A stretch of 44,006 nt of DNA from Burkholderiales bacterium (GTDB taxonomy: Bacteria > Pseudomonadota > Gammaproteobacteria > Burkholderiales > JAEUOS01): NCBI GenBank assembly GCA_031387185.1, contig JANNCZ010000565.1, positions 1 to 44,006 on the forward strand, written 5' to 3'. Each line of letters starts with the position of its first letter. Within the stretch, counting starts at the first letter, position 1. Below the pieces are notes generated by a model. That model saw only the letters and a list, made by a program, of their open reading frames with translations, was not told the origin of the DNA and did no database searches. Positions 8,801-16,642 of the stretch are shown here, piece after piece. The translations under genes were made by a program, and so were the position numbers.

Positions 8801-9628
8801 AAATTCACCGAGCGTGAAATCCTCAACCTGAACGAGGAGCTCGAACAGCGCGTCTCCGAACGCACCAGCGAACTGAGTGTGGCAAACCGCGAACTGGAGG
8901 CATTTTCATACACGGTTGCGCACGACTTGCGCGCTCCGCTGCGCGCGATCGACGGTTTTTCGCAATTGCTCAAGGCTGATTTGGGCGGGGCCCTCACCAC
9001 CGAGACGCAACGCGATCTTGATGCCATCAGCACCAGCGCGCGGCGCATGGCCGATCTCATCAACGGGCTGCTCGATTTCTCGCGCTTGGGCCGCAATGAA
9101 CTCAACCGGCGGCGCGTCAACATGCAGGCTTTGGCGGAAAGCATTAGTGCCGAAATGACGGGAGACCATCCGGTGCAGGTTCAAATCGGCCGGCTACCGG
9201 AAGTGCATGGCGATTCAATAATGTTGCGTCAGGTGTGGGCCAACCTCATCGGCAATGCGGTCAAATTCAGTGCCAAAAGAAGCGCACCGCGCGTCACCAT
9301 CGAATGTGTGGTCGAGGCAGGAGAGGCGCGTTTTGCCGTAGCTGACAATGGCGACGGCATCGACATGGCCTACGCGGACAAACTGTTTGGGGTATTTCAG
9401 CGCATGCACAGCGCCGAGGAGTTTGAGGGTACCGGCGTGGGCCTGGCAATCGTCAAGCGTATAGTGGAGCGTCACGGTGGCCGCGTCTGGGTGCAGTCGG
9501 CGCCCGGTGCCGGGGCGAGTTTTTTCTTCACCCTGCCCGTGTCAGGTGTGAACGCAGTGGATGCTGTGGCCGGCACCGGCACCGTCGCCAGCGCGGCGGC
9601 CGCTGCCACGATTGAAATGAAAGGCTGA
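5861..9628 (+). CDS. Cytoplasmic multi-PAS / double-GAF sensor histidine kinase
   Basis: The ATG at 5861 is preceded by GAGGGGGAG. There are several PAS-like modules (SDWYWESGTDGRF, SDYKWATDAEHRF, SDWEWAQDEHFLF, EGVLIHEFGIIEYANPAF) and two GAF-like segments. The HisKA H-box is FSYTVAHDLRAPLRAIDGF. HATPase_c motifs are NLIGNAVKF, DNGDGID and GTGVGLAIV. I saw no obvious TM segment. Confidence 0.9.
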   Translation: MAQGQEMEKKLAGSPRVPRDAMLADAIRALVDFAPEGVALVDQTSHQIVYANRAAAHMLRADAARLAGQSIIAAAVHPQPGGGAPEALLQEMAQEVMARRESVRRWRLRRIDGILIDAEVRVILLPGEAGMFRVSLIDLTAQTALEEAAVRSQAALRASEARFRHLTRISSDWYWESGTDGRFTSVEGGTDAQAAARAGLIGRLPWEVRRFEVVETGWDEVRACWSRRSAYRQVLRYLVASEPGEVPPVMEIAAEPLFDAEGAWTGYRGVARDITARVRAEAELKESERHFRRLTEIASDYKWATDAEHRFIELVADAGGLVRGDALGKRRWDIPHLRPLGGNWDAHRLTLDARQPFDDLTVEVLGTDGRRRFRRISGEPVFDPHLGFTGYRGVGIDVSNNQRQTLKRSGEARLFEALARGESIAALMEILCEVIEGVTERPSRAAVMQVVDGHLVPLAASHLPDSYTSAVDGIGIEALCGAAAALNRVVVCTDTETDERWRMLRLMARNAGIRACWSTPICSADGQVIGTLAVFMGEAADPGIGDLDATASAARIAALVIDRFRAQAALRASEERLRRLVSLSSDWEWAQDEHFLFTHVGEFQGEHGRPVSASVGRARWDNPWLRPIGFTWEEHRALLEAHQPFSHTLFEFTDPARQRFYWAIRGEPVFDTAGQFRGYRGVGSDISARYRNDALRLGERALFEGMAQGATLPALSTLLAQTLCGVLERDSAVIIKEHRHSRLQPIGTHGVRPGWSTLLEHTLTLDADPTTCGEAARTGGICVAADAASEPRYAGLRDQIIALGIGATWAVPVTGSDGVVMATIGVACPAAAAPSGQDIEFAKAVARLTEFVLTRFRSAQAVRESAERYRRLVEQSQEGVLIHEFGIIEYANPAFLRMAGAPRMEDLMGMHAVKLYAKESQARAQERLARLREAGGSLGFTEMTLQRLDGGLLEVEVAANGFELHGRRMVQSQFRDISARKFTEREILNLNEELEQRVSERTSELSVANRELEAFSYTVAHDLRAPLRAIDGFSQLLKADLGGALTTETQRDLDAISTSARRMADLINGLLDFSRLGRNELNRRRVNMQALAESISAEMTGDHPVQVQIGRLPEVHGDSIMLRQVWANLIGNAVKFSAKRSAPRVTIECVVEAGEARFAVADNGDGIDMAYADKLFGVFQRMHSAEEFEGTGVGLAIVKRIVERHGGRVWVQSAPGAGASFFFTLPVSGVNAVDAVAGTGTVASAAAAATIEMKG

Positions 9629-9629
9629 T

Positions 9630-10064
9630 ATGTGCCAGACGCCCACGATATTGCTGGTCGAAGACAACGCCAGTGATGCTGATCTGGTGATCCGTGCGCT
9701 CAAGCGCCATGGCGTGGCGGCGCGTGTCGATCGCGCCCATGATGGCGTCGAAGCCCTTGGCTATTTGAGCGCCGCAGCCGAGCAGGGGCCTGCGGCGCTG
9801 CCGCAGTTGGTGTTGCTCGATTGCAAACTGCCCAAGCTCACTGGCATCGAGGTGTTGGCGCGGGTGCGCGCTGATCCGCGCATGGTGAATCTGGTGGTGG
9901 TGATGCTGACGTCATCGCAGGAACCGAGTGACTTGGCTGCTGCCTATGCGGCCGGTGTCAACAGTTTTGTGGTCAAGCCGGTTGAGTTTGAGGCGTTTTT
10001 CGATGCCATGGGCCGCTTGGCCCACTACTGGCTGGTGCTCAACCAGCGGCCGCCAGTTGACTGA
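9630..10064 (+). CDS. Single-domain CheY/Rcp-like response regulator
   Basis: 144 aa, with the ATG 1 nt after the kinase stop. Receiver motifs are ILLVEDNASDADL, LVLLDCKLPKLTG (acceptor Asp), VVMLTSS and FVVKP. There is no output domain. Confidence 0.9.
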   Translation: MCQTPTILLVEDNASDADLVIRALKRHGVAARVDRAHDGVEALGYLSAAAEQGPAALPQLVLLDCKLPKLTGIEVLARVRADPRMVNLVVVMLTSSQEPSDLAAAYAAGVNSFVVKPVEFEAFFDAMGRLAHYWLVLNQRPPVD

Positions 10065-10065
10065 A

Positions 10066-10082
10066 ACGGTTGGTCCAACCGT
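10066..10082. terminator. Candidate bidirectional terminator palindrome between convergent receiver gene and flgN
   Basis: ACGGTTGG-T-CCAACCGT is a perfect 8-bp inverted repeat lying exactly in the 35-nt convergent gap. There is no clear U-tract, and the real loop would have to open the inner pairs. Confidence 0.3.
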
Positions 10083-10099
10083 CCTTGACCCGCGTTGGC

Positions 10100-10627
10100 C
10101 TACACGCTCACCCGCATTGACGGCATGACCTGCCGTTGCGCAGCGCCCCCCGAGCGGTCATACACCCGCGCCTGACCGGCGCTATGCAGCAGGCCGTTCC
10201 ACCGGCTTTGCAGATATTGGCCGTAACGCTCGATGGCGTGGGTGTGTGCCTGATGGCGGCGTGCGATCTGCGTGCAGGCAGCGCGTACGCTGCGCCACAT
10301 GCGTTGCAACGCCGCATCATTCGAGAGATGGATCAACGACGAGATCGCCGTGGCATTTGGTGCCGCGGAAGTACTTCCCAAAGTGCGGTTGAACAGTTCA
10401 GCGCGGGCCCGCGTGGCTGCCTGCAACTGTGCGGCAAGGCGCGCACGGCGCAGCGCCAGCGCTTCAATGGCGTGGCTGGCGGTCTCCGCATCGCTGGCCG
10501 CTTGCAGCGCGAGCACACGTTCTTCATCGTTCAGGAGCGCGTGCATCTGGCGCAGCAAGGCCAACTCTGCCGCTAGTGCATCAAGCGCGGCGGCAGTGTC
10601 AAGTCTGGGCGGGCGCAATGCAATCAC
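10100..10627 (-). CDS. flgN: Probable flagellar chaperone FlgN
   Basis: 175-aa helical, Leu/Ala/Gln-rich ORF (LDALAAELALLRQMHALLNDEERVLAL...) lying immediately downstream of flgM on the same strand, which is the canonical flgA-flgM-flgN order. It has a GTG start and no clear RBS. The call is mostly positional. Confidence 0.6.
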   Translation of the reverse strand: MIALRPPRLDTAAALDALAAELALLRQMHALLNDEERVLALQAASDAETASHAIEALALRRARLAAQLQAATRARAELFNRTLGSTSAAPNATAISSLIHLSNDAALQRMWRSVRAACTQIARRHQAHTHAIERYGQYLQSRWNGLLHSAGQARVYDRSGGAAQRQVMPSMRVSV

Positions 10628-10653
10628 GCGGTCACGCAGCCATCAATGCGTCG

Positions 10654-10995
10654 TCAATGGGCACGGCCAACCAGTTCGTTGACGCTGGTCAGAAGCTTAT
10701 GGGCCACCATCGCCGAATCAACCTGAAATTCGCCATTGCGGATCGCGTCCTTGATGCGTTCGACTTTGGCTGCGTCGAATGGCCGCACGTCCGGCACGGA
10801 GACCGTCACCGGGCCAGGAGCCGCTCTGGGAGCGGCTTGCAGGCCGGCTACTGTCGCGCCGGCCAGTGCGCCCGGCGTTGTTCGTGCTGCTTCACCCGTA
10901 GTTGCGCCGTGGTTTACGTCCTTGGCACCGCCCTTGGCGGGTGCGGGACGCAAAGCGTCAAGCCGGTTGGTGTCAGTCAGACCATTGATTTTCAT
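10654..10995 (-). CDS. flgM: Anti-sigma-28 factor FlgM
   Basis: The ATG at 10995 has an AGGAGA RBS. The N-terminus is MKINGL..., and the C-terminal KVERIKDAIRNGEFQVDSAMVAHKLL matches the FlgM sigma-28-binding region. It is about 113 aa with a low-complexity middle. Confidence 0.82.
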   Translation of the reverse strand: MKINGLTDTNRLDALRPAPAKGGAKDVNHGATTGEAARTTPGALAGATVAGLQAAPRAAPGPVTVSVPDVRPFDAAKVERIKDAIRNGEFQVDSAMVAHKLLTSVNELVGRAH

Positions 10996-11055
10996 GGTGG
11001 ATCTCCTGGGTGGCAAAGCCGCAGCCTTGCGTGGGCCGCAGATGGTTTGCCCTCT

Positions 11056-11082
11056 CTAACGGCAGTCCGTGCGCAATCTTGA
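11056..11082 (-). promoter_or_regulatory. Candidate sigma-28 (FliA) promoter upstream of flgM
   Basis: The minus strand reads TCAAG-N14-GCCGTTAG, compared with the remembered consensus TAAA/TCAAG-N13-15-GCCGATAA. It lies about 60 nt upstream of the flgM ATG in the flgA-flgM spacer. The -10 element matches 6 of 8 positions. Confidence 0.35.
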
Positions 11083-11165
11083 ATTATTTTTCCAATTAAT
11101 TGAAGTGTGTTTGTGATGGGCGCATACAAATTTTTGTGCGGTGCGGCGGGCGCGCGCCGGTTCGA

Positions 11166-11888
11166 CTATTTCATATCGACCACGCGGCCAGCACGCGCAA
11201 TGCCTTGCACCACACGGCCAGAATTGGTCTGGACGCGCACCGGCTGGCCGTCAGCGGCGTTGGCGAGCGCACGGCCATCCGAGACGATGACGAATCCGGC
11301 GCCGTTGAACACCAGTTGTACGGTGTCGCCTGCGCCCACTGCGGGCGGCGCGCGGAAGGATTCCTGACGCAACACCTGGCCGTTGCCAATCATGTGTGCT
11401 GCCGTTTTGCCGTCTATCTGTGTGGCATGGGTAACCACCACGCCGCTCTGGCGCGTAAGGTCGACTTCCTCTTCGCGTACGTCGAGCGCGCCCGCAGTGT
11501 CCCCCGGTTGCAGTACGCGCGCCGCCACAAGGGCACGCGCAAACACCTTGACATCGATGGGCAGAAACACATTCCATCCAGCGGCGTCCAGGCACTTGAG
11601 ACCAATTGAGCCGCGCCCCCACAAGCGCGCGCCTTGGGGCACATAAGGCTCGACCCGTGCGCAGGGTGCCAGGCGCATGCGCTCGTCCAGCGCGCCAACG
11701 CTGACCTCGACCCGGCCCGGCAAGCCGGTAGTGGCCTGCTCCAGATAGAGCTTGATCGACGCGGCCGGGCCTGCGCTCTGCGCGGGTGCCGAGCGCGCTT
11801 TCAGTGGTGCGGCACACACAAACATGGCGGCAATCACCAGGCCTTGGGCAAACCAGAGCGGGACAGGGTTGCGTGGATTCATGGCCAT
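11166..11888 (-). CDS. flgA: Flagellar P-ring assembly chaperone FlgA
   Basis: It starts MAMNPRNPVPLWFAQGLVIAAMFVCAAPLKA (signal peptide) after GGAGA; the second ATG at 11882 has better spacing. The C-terminal SAF-type segment is GQVLRQESFRAPPAVGAGDTVQLVFNGAGFVIVSDGRALANAADGQPVRVQ. It is divergent from flgB. Confidence 0.85.
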   Translation of the reverse strand: MAMNPRNPVPLWFAQGLVIAAMFVCAAPLKARSAPAQSAGPAASIKLYLEQATTGLPGRVEVSVGALDERMRLAPCARVEPYVPQGARLWGRGSIGLKCLDAAGWNVFLPIDVKVFARALVAARVLQPGDTAGALDVREEEVDLTRQSGVVVTHATQIDGKTAAHMIGNGQVLRQESFRAPPAVGAGDTVQLVFNGAGFVIVSDGRALANAADGQPVRVQTNSGRVVQGIARAGRVVDMK

Positions 11889-11991
11889 TCTCCAGCGGGC
11901 AGGAAACGTTCTCCAAGAGTTCTCCACGATACGCTCCGTGATCGGATGAGAGTGTGCGATCAGGCAGGGAATTGCCGTGTTGTTTTGCAGA

Positions 11992-12006
11992 TGGCGCGAA
12001 GGCTGC
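11992..12006 (+). promoter_or_regulatory. Weak candidate sigma-54 promoter for flgB operon
   Basis: TGGCGC-GAAGG-CTGC has the GG/GC spacing of TGGCAC-N5-TTGC. It lies 140 nt upstream of the flgB ATG. This is a pattern match only. Confidence 0.25.
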
Positions 12007-12060
12007 GTTTGCTCCAATCATCCTGCGCTGAAGAAAGGGTCGCCAGGCTGGCAACACAGT

Positions 12061-12099
12061 CAGGCAGCTCAGGCAGGCAGCTCAGGCAGGCAATGCAAG
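12061..12099. repeat. 13-bp tandem repeat (CAGGCAGCTCAGG x2 plus degenerate CAGGCAATGCAAG) in flgA/flgB divergent region
   Basis: Read directly from the sequence. It lies 47-85 nt upstream of the flgB ATG. Confidence 0.8.
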
Positions 12100-12145
12100 C
12101 AGCGCGGGCAACACTGGGAACACCGGCAACACAGGAGAGCACGCC

Positions 12146-12550
12146 ATGATCGGAATGCTGGACCAATCACTGCAGTTCAACGGTGCCGCGCTGCGCTTGC
12201 GCGCCGAGCGCCAGCAGGTGCTTGCGGCCAATATTGCCAACGCTGACACGCCCGGTTTCAAGGCTGCCGATTTCGATTTCGGCCGCGCGCTTGAAGATGC
12301 CGCGCGCGGCGGATCGGGACCTGCTGGCCGCGGCCTCGCAGCCAGCGCGCCTGGCCACATCGGCGGCAATGCGTCCTCCACGTCCGCACTGCTGGCATTC
12401 CGCACTCCTGCGCAGGGATCGATTGACGGGAACAGCGTCGAGATGGACTCTGAGCGTGCGCGTTTCGCCGATAACGCGGTGCGCTATGAAGCCTCGCTCA
12501 AGTTTCTTAACGGCCAGATCAAGACGATCTTGAGCGCGATTCAGGGTTGA
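12146..12550 (+). CDS. flgB: Flagellar proximal rod protein FlgB
   Basis: 134 aa. It has LRAERQQVLAANIANADTPGFKA (rod N-terminal motif) and a C-terminal SIDGNSVEMDSERARFADNAVRYEASL. Confidence 0.95.
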   Translation: MIGMLDQSLQFNGAALRLRAERQQVLAANIANADTPGFKAADFDFGRALEDAARGGSGPAGRGLAASAPGHIGGNASSTSALLAFRTPAQGSIDGNSVEMDSERARFADNAVRYEASLKFLNGQIKTILSAIQG

Positions 12551-12567
12551 GCGGAGACTATTGGGCC

Positions 12568-13011
12568 ATGTCACTTTTCAATGCATTCAGAATTGCCGGC
12601 AGTGGCGCGGTGGCACAAGGCCAGCGCCTCAATGTGGTGGCGAGCAATCTGGCCAATGCCGACAGCGTCGCCGGGCCGGATGGCCAGGCCTATCGCGCAC
12701 GCCAGGTGGTGTTTGAAGCGGTCGGCCTCGATACCGCTGGCGGCGCCACCACAGATGGTGGCATGGGGGCCAACGGCGGCGCGCAGTCTGTGCGGGTACG
12801 TGACGTCATCACCGACAGCTCAGCGCCGCGCCGTGTACACGACCCCAAGCATCCGATGGCGGACCCCGAAGGCTACGTCAACATGCCCAATGTGAGCGCT
12901 GCTGAAGAGATGGTCAACATGATTTCTGCTGCGCGCTCGTATGAGTCAAACATTGAAGTCATGAATACCGCAAAGACCCTGCTGCAAAAAACGCTGCAAC
13001 TAGGCAGCTAG
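12568..13011 (+). CDS. flgC: Flagellar proximal rod protein FlgC
   Basis: It starts MSLFNAFRIAGSGAVAQGQRLNVVASNLANADS, with GGAGA 10 nt upstream. The C-terminus is VNMPNVSAAEEMVNMISAARSYESNIEV. Confidence 0.95.
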   Translation: MSLFNAFRIAGSGAVAQGQRLNVVASNLANADSVAGPDGQAYRARQVVFEAVGLDTAGGATTDGGMGANGGAQSVRVRDVITDSSAPRRVHDPKHPMADPEGYVNMPNVSAAEEMVNMISAARSYESNIEVMNTAKTLLQKTLQLGS

Positions 13012-13027
13012 ATTACGGAGTATTGCC

Positions 13028-13732
13028 ATGAGTACCACCGCCATTTCTTCCACACAGGCCGGCGCCAGTGCCAATCCGTTCGCCACGCTGGCCAGTGGCG
13101 GCACTGGTAACCCAGGTAACGCAACTTCTGCATCCAGTGCAAGCCAGGATCGTTTCATGACCTTGCTGGTTGCGCAGATGAAAAACCAGGATCCGCTCAA
13201 CCCGATGGACAACGCGCAAGTCACCAGCCAAATTGCGCAAATCGATACGGTCAAGGGCATTGCCCAGCTCAACGAGACGGTGCAAAAACTGTTGGGCAAC
13301 ACGGACGCAGCACAGTCGCTGCAAGCAATGGCACTGCTGGGGCATACGGCGCTGGTGGAAGGCAAATCGATTGAACTGACGGCGACCGGGGCTGCCGGCG
13401 GATTTGATCTCACGTCGCCCGCCGACGATGTCAAGGTCACGATTACTTCCCCAGCCGGTCAGGTGGTGCATCAGGCGTCGCTCGGTGCCATGACGGCGGG
13501 AATCCACAGCTTTGCCTGGGACGGCAAGACCGACGCGGGAGCGGCAGCCACGCAGGGGGCCTATACCTTCAGCGTCAGCGCACTGGCAGGCGGCAAGAGC
13601 ACTGCCGCTGCGTCACTCGCTGCCTTGCGCATCGAGGGCGTCACGCCCGGCACGGTGGGTGCCAGCGGCACCGGCCTGCAACTGCACGGCGGCGGCACGG
13701 TGCAAATGAACCAGATTCGCCAACTTTTCTAA
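13028..13732 (+). CDS. flgD: Flagellar hook capping/assembly protein FlgD
   Basis: 234 aa. It has the FlgD motif SQDRFMTLLVAQMKNQDPLNPMDNAQVTSQIAQIDTV and a FlgD Ig-like C-terminal part (FAWDGKTDAG...GAYTFSV). Confidence 0.92.
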   Translation: MSTTAISSTQAGASANPFATLASGGTGNPGNATSASSASQDRFMTLLVAQMKNQDPLNPMDNAQVTSQIAQIDTVKGIAQLNETVQKLLGNTDAAQSLQAMALLGHTALVEGKSIELTATGAAGGFDLTSPADDVKVTITSPAGQVVHQASLGAMTAGIHSFAWDGKTDAGAAATQGAYTFSVSALAGGKSTAAASLAALRIEGVTPGTVGASGTGLQLHGGGTVQMNQIRQLF

Positions 13733-13743
13733 GGGAGCAGCAC

Positions 13744-14955
13744 ATGAGTTTCCAGCAAGGCTTGAGCGGTCTTAACGCCGCCGCCAAAAATCTCGACGTG
13801 ATTGGCAACAACATTTCCAATTCGAACACCATCGGTTACAAGGGCAGTGAAGCGCAATTTTCCGATGTGTTTGCCAGTTCCGCAGGCGGGTCTTCGGGCA
13901 CCAGTGTCGGCATCGGCACCGCGGTGAGCGCAGTGCGTCAAACCTTTGGGCAGGGCAATATTTCGGTCACCAGCAACCCGCTCGATCTGGCCATCAATGG
14001 AGCGGGTTTTTTTCGCATGGATACCAATGGCAGCGTGACTTACACGCGCAACGGCCAGTTTTCGCTCGACAAAAGCGGCTACATCGTCAATGCGGCGGGC
14101 CAGAATCTGACCGGATTTCCCGCCACGCCGGGAGGCACGGTGACCACTGCCACACCGGTCAAGCTGCAGGTATCGGCGGCCGATTTGGTGCCATTAGCCA
14201 GTACGCAAGCAACGGCAGGCGTCAATCTGGACTCGCGTGTGACTGCATTGCCGTCGGCGGGATTCAACATCAACGATCCGGCCACCTACCACGGTGCCAC
14301 CTCGATGTCAGTCTATGACTCACTGGGTAACTCGCACATCATGTCGTTGTATTTCGTCAAAACGGCGGCCAATAGCTGGGACGCCTTCGCCGGCAACAAC
14401 GGCACGCAAGTGGGTACGGGCGCGGTAGGGTCGTTGACCTTCACGACCAGCGGCGCATTATCGAGTGGCTCGCCGTTCGCGTTGACGCTGCCCGTCACAA
14501 CCGGAGCGGCACCGATATCGATCAGCCTTGAGATGAAGGGCAGCACGCAATTTGGCAGCAATTTTGGCGTGAACACGCTCTCGCAGGATGGCTATGCGGC
14601 GGGCAAGATCACCGGCTACTCGGTCGGCAGCGACGGCATCGTCCAAGGGCGTTACTCAAACGGGCAGACCCGTGCCCAGGGGCAGGTGGCGCTGGTGTCC
14701 TTCACCAATCCGCAAGGGCTGCGCTCGCTGGGTGCCAATCAATGGGGTGAAGCGCCAGATTCAGGTCCGGCCCTTACCGGCGCACCCGACACCGGCAACC
14801 TTGGCGTGCTGCACTCGGGTGCACTCGAGGATTCCAACGTCGATCTCACAGCGGAACTGGTAGACATGATCACCGCGCAACGCGTCTACCAGGCCAACGC
14901 GCAGACCATCAAGACGCAAGACTCGGTATTGCAGACGCTGGTCAATCTGCGTTGA
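13744..14955 (+). CDS. flgE: Flagellar hook protein FlgE
   Basis: 403 aa. The N-terminus is MSFQQGLSGLNAAAKNLDVIGNNISNSNTIGYK and the C-terminus is LEDSNVDLTAELVDMITAQRVYQANAQTIKTQDSVLQTLVNLR. Confidence 0.95.
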   Translation: MSFQQGLSGLNAAAKNLDVIGNNISNSNTIGYKGSEAQFSDVFASSAGGSSGTSVGIGTAVSAVRQTFGQGNISVTSNPLDLAINGAGFFRMDTNGSVTYTRNGQFSLDKSGYIVNAAGQNLTGFPATPGGTVTTATPVKLQVSAADLVPLASTQATAGVNLDSRVTALPSAGFNINDPATYHGATSMSVYDSLGNSHIMSLYFVKTAANSWDAFAGNNGTQVGTGAVGSLTFTTSGALSSGSPFALTLPVTTGAAPISISLEMKGSTQFGSNFGVNTLSQDGYAAGKITGYSVGSDGIVQGRYSNGQTRAQGQVALVSFTNPQGLRSLGANQWGEAPDSGPALTGAPDTGNLGVLHSGALEDSNVDLTAELVDMITAQRVYQANAQTIKTQDSVLQTLVNLR

Positions 14956-15035
14956 TGTGGCGCTGAGACCGTTCTGCACACCATCCTGATCACCGCTGCC
15001 GTTCTCATCCTCACCTGCGCGCAAGGATCGCCACT

Positions 15036-15776
15036 ATGGACCGCATGATCTACACCGCCATGACTGGTGCCAAAACCCTGATGCAGCGGCAGGATGTGCT
15101 CGCCAACAATCTGGCCAACGTCAATACAAATGGTTATCGCGCCACCACCACGGCGTTTCGCGTCGCGCCCGTCACCGGGCCTGGGCTGCCAACGCGCGCT
15201 TTCGCGGTTGAGTCCACCACCGGCTCTGATTTTTCGCCAGGCACGATCCAGACCACCGGGCGCCCGCTCGACATGGCAGTGCAGGGTGCGGGCTGGTTTG
15301 CGGTGCAGGCGCTCGACGGCACCGAGGGCTATACGCGCAATGGCGTGTTTGATTTGAGCGAGCAGGGTACGCTGCAAACATCGAGCGGTCAGGCGGTACT
15401 GGGCGATGGCGGGCCAATTACCGTGCCGGCCGGCCATCGCGTCGAGGTAGCTGCCGACGGCACACTCTCGGCCGTTTCTGCCGCGAACAAAAAGAGTGTG
15501 ATTTCACTGGGCCGCCTCAAGCTCGTGAACCCCGAGGCCAATGCGCTCACACGCAGCGGCGATGGGCTGTTTCGCATGCGTAATGGCGGTTCATCCGATG
15601 CCGACCCGCGCGTGCGCGTGGCCGGTGGCGCAGTTGAAGGCAGCAATGTCAACGCGGTCGAAGCCATGGTCGGCATGATCAGCCTGGCGCGACAGTTTGA
15701 TACCCAAATGAAACTCTTGCAGGCAGCCGAAGGCAATGCACGCAAGGCCACACAATTGCTTGCCGTCAACGGCTGA
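15036..15776 (+). CDS. flgF: Flagellar proximal rod protein FlgF
   Basis: 246 aa. It has MDRMIYTAMTGAKTLMQRQDVLANNLANVNTNGYR and a C-terminal VEGSNVNAVEAMVGMISLARQFDTQMKLL. Confidence 0.93.
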   Translation: MDRMIYTAMTGAKTLMQRQDVLANNLANVNTNGYRATTTAFRVAPVTGPGLPTRAFAVESTTGSDFSPGTIQTTGRPLDMAVQGAGWFAVQALDGTEGYTRNGVFDLSEQGTLQTSSGQAVLGDGGPITVPAGHRVEVAADGTLSAVSAANKKSVISLGRLKLVNPEANALTRSGDGLFRMRNGGSSDADPRVRVAGGAVEGSNVNAVEAMVGMISLARQFDTQMKLLQAAEGNARKATQLLAVNG

Positions 15777-15830
15777 TGCCCCGGCTGCACGTGAAATGAC
15801 GGCTGAAGCGTCAAGAATGGAGACAGAAAC

Positions 15831-16613
15831 ATGATTCGCTCCCTGTGGATTTCCAAAACCGGGCTGGACTCGCAGCAGACCCAGCTCGATGTCATCTCCA
15901 ACAACCTTGCCAACGTGAGCACCAACGGCTTCAAGCGCTCACGCGCGGTGTTTGAGGACTTGCTCTATCAAACCGTGCGTCAGCCCGGCACCCAGTCATC
16001 ACAAACCAGTCAGGTGCCCACCGGCTTGCAACTGGGCACGGGGGTGCGCCCGGTGGCGACCGCACGCATGTTCACCCAGGGCAATCTGCAAGCGACCGGC
16101 AACAATCTGGACCTCGCGATCAACGGCCAGGGATTTTTCCAGGTGCAAATGCCTGACGGCACGGTGGGTTACACGCGTGATGGCAGCTTTCACCGCGATA
16201 GCCAGGGCGTGCTCTCCACTTCGAACGGTTTTCACGTGCAGCCCGCGATCACGATTCCCGCCAACGCACTCAACGTGGCGGTAGGGCAGGACGGCACTGT
16301 CAGCGTGACGGTGCCCGGCAGCGCTGCGCCGCAGACCATCGGCACGCTGCAACTGGCCAACTTCATCAATCCAGCCGGCCTCGCCGCGCACGGGCAGAAT
16401 ATCTATCTCGAATCTGCCGCGTCGGGTACGCCGCAGACCAGCGCACCAGGGCTTAACGGTACCGGCGTACTTAATCAGGGCTATGTCGAAACCTCAAATG
16501 TCAACGTCGTCGAAGAATTGGTATCAATGATCCAGACCCAACGCGCCTACGAGATCAATTCAAAGGCGATCCAAACCTCAGACCAGATGTTGCAGCGCCT
16601 GTCGCAACTCTAG
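15831..16613 (+). CDS. flgG: Flagellar distal rod protein FlgG
   Basis: 260 aa. It has [47 protein letters not shown] and a C-terminal [36 protein letters not shown]. Confidence 0.96.
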   Translation: MIRSLWISKTGLDSQQTQLDVISNNLANVSTNGFKRSRAVFEDLLYQTVRQPGTQSSQTSQVPTGLQLGTGVRPVATARMFTQGNLQATGNNLDLAINGQGFFQVQMPDGTVGYTRDGSFHRDSQGVLSTSNGFHVQPAITIPANALNVAVGQDGTVSVTVPGSAAPQTIGTLQLANFINPAGLAAHGQNIYLESAASGTPQTSAPGLNGTGVLNQGYVETSNVNVVEELVSMIQTQRAYEINSKAIQTSDQMLQRLSQL

Positions 16614-16642
16614 GAGCGATTCAATTGAGACCTCATTCAATC

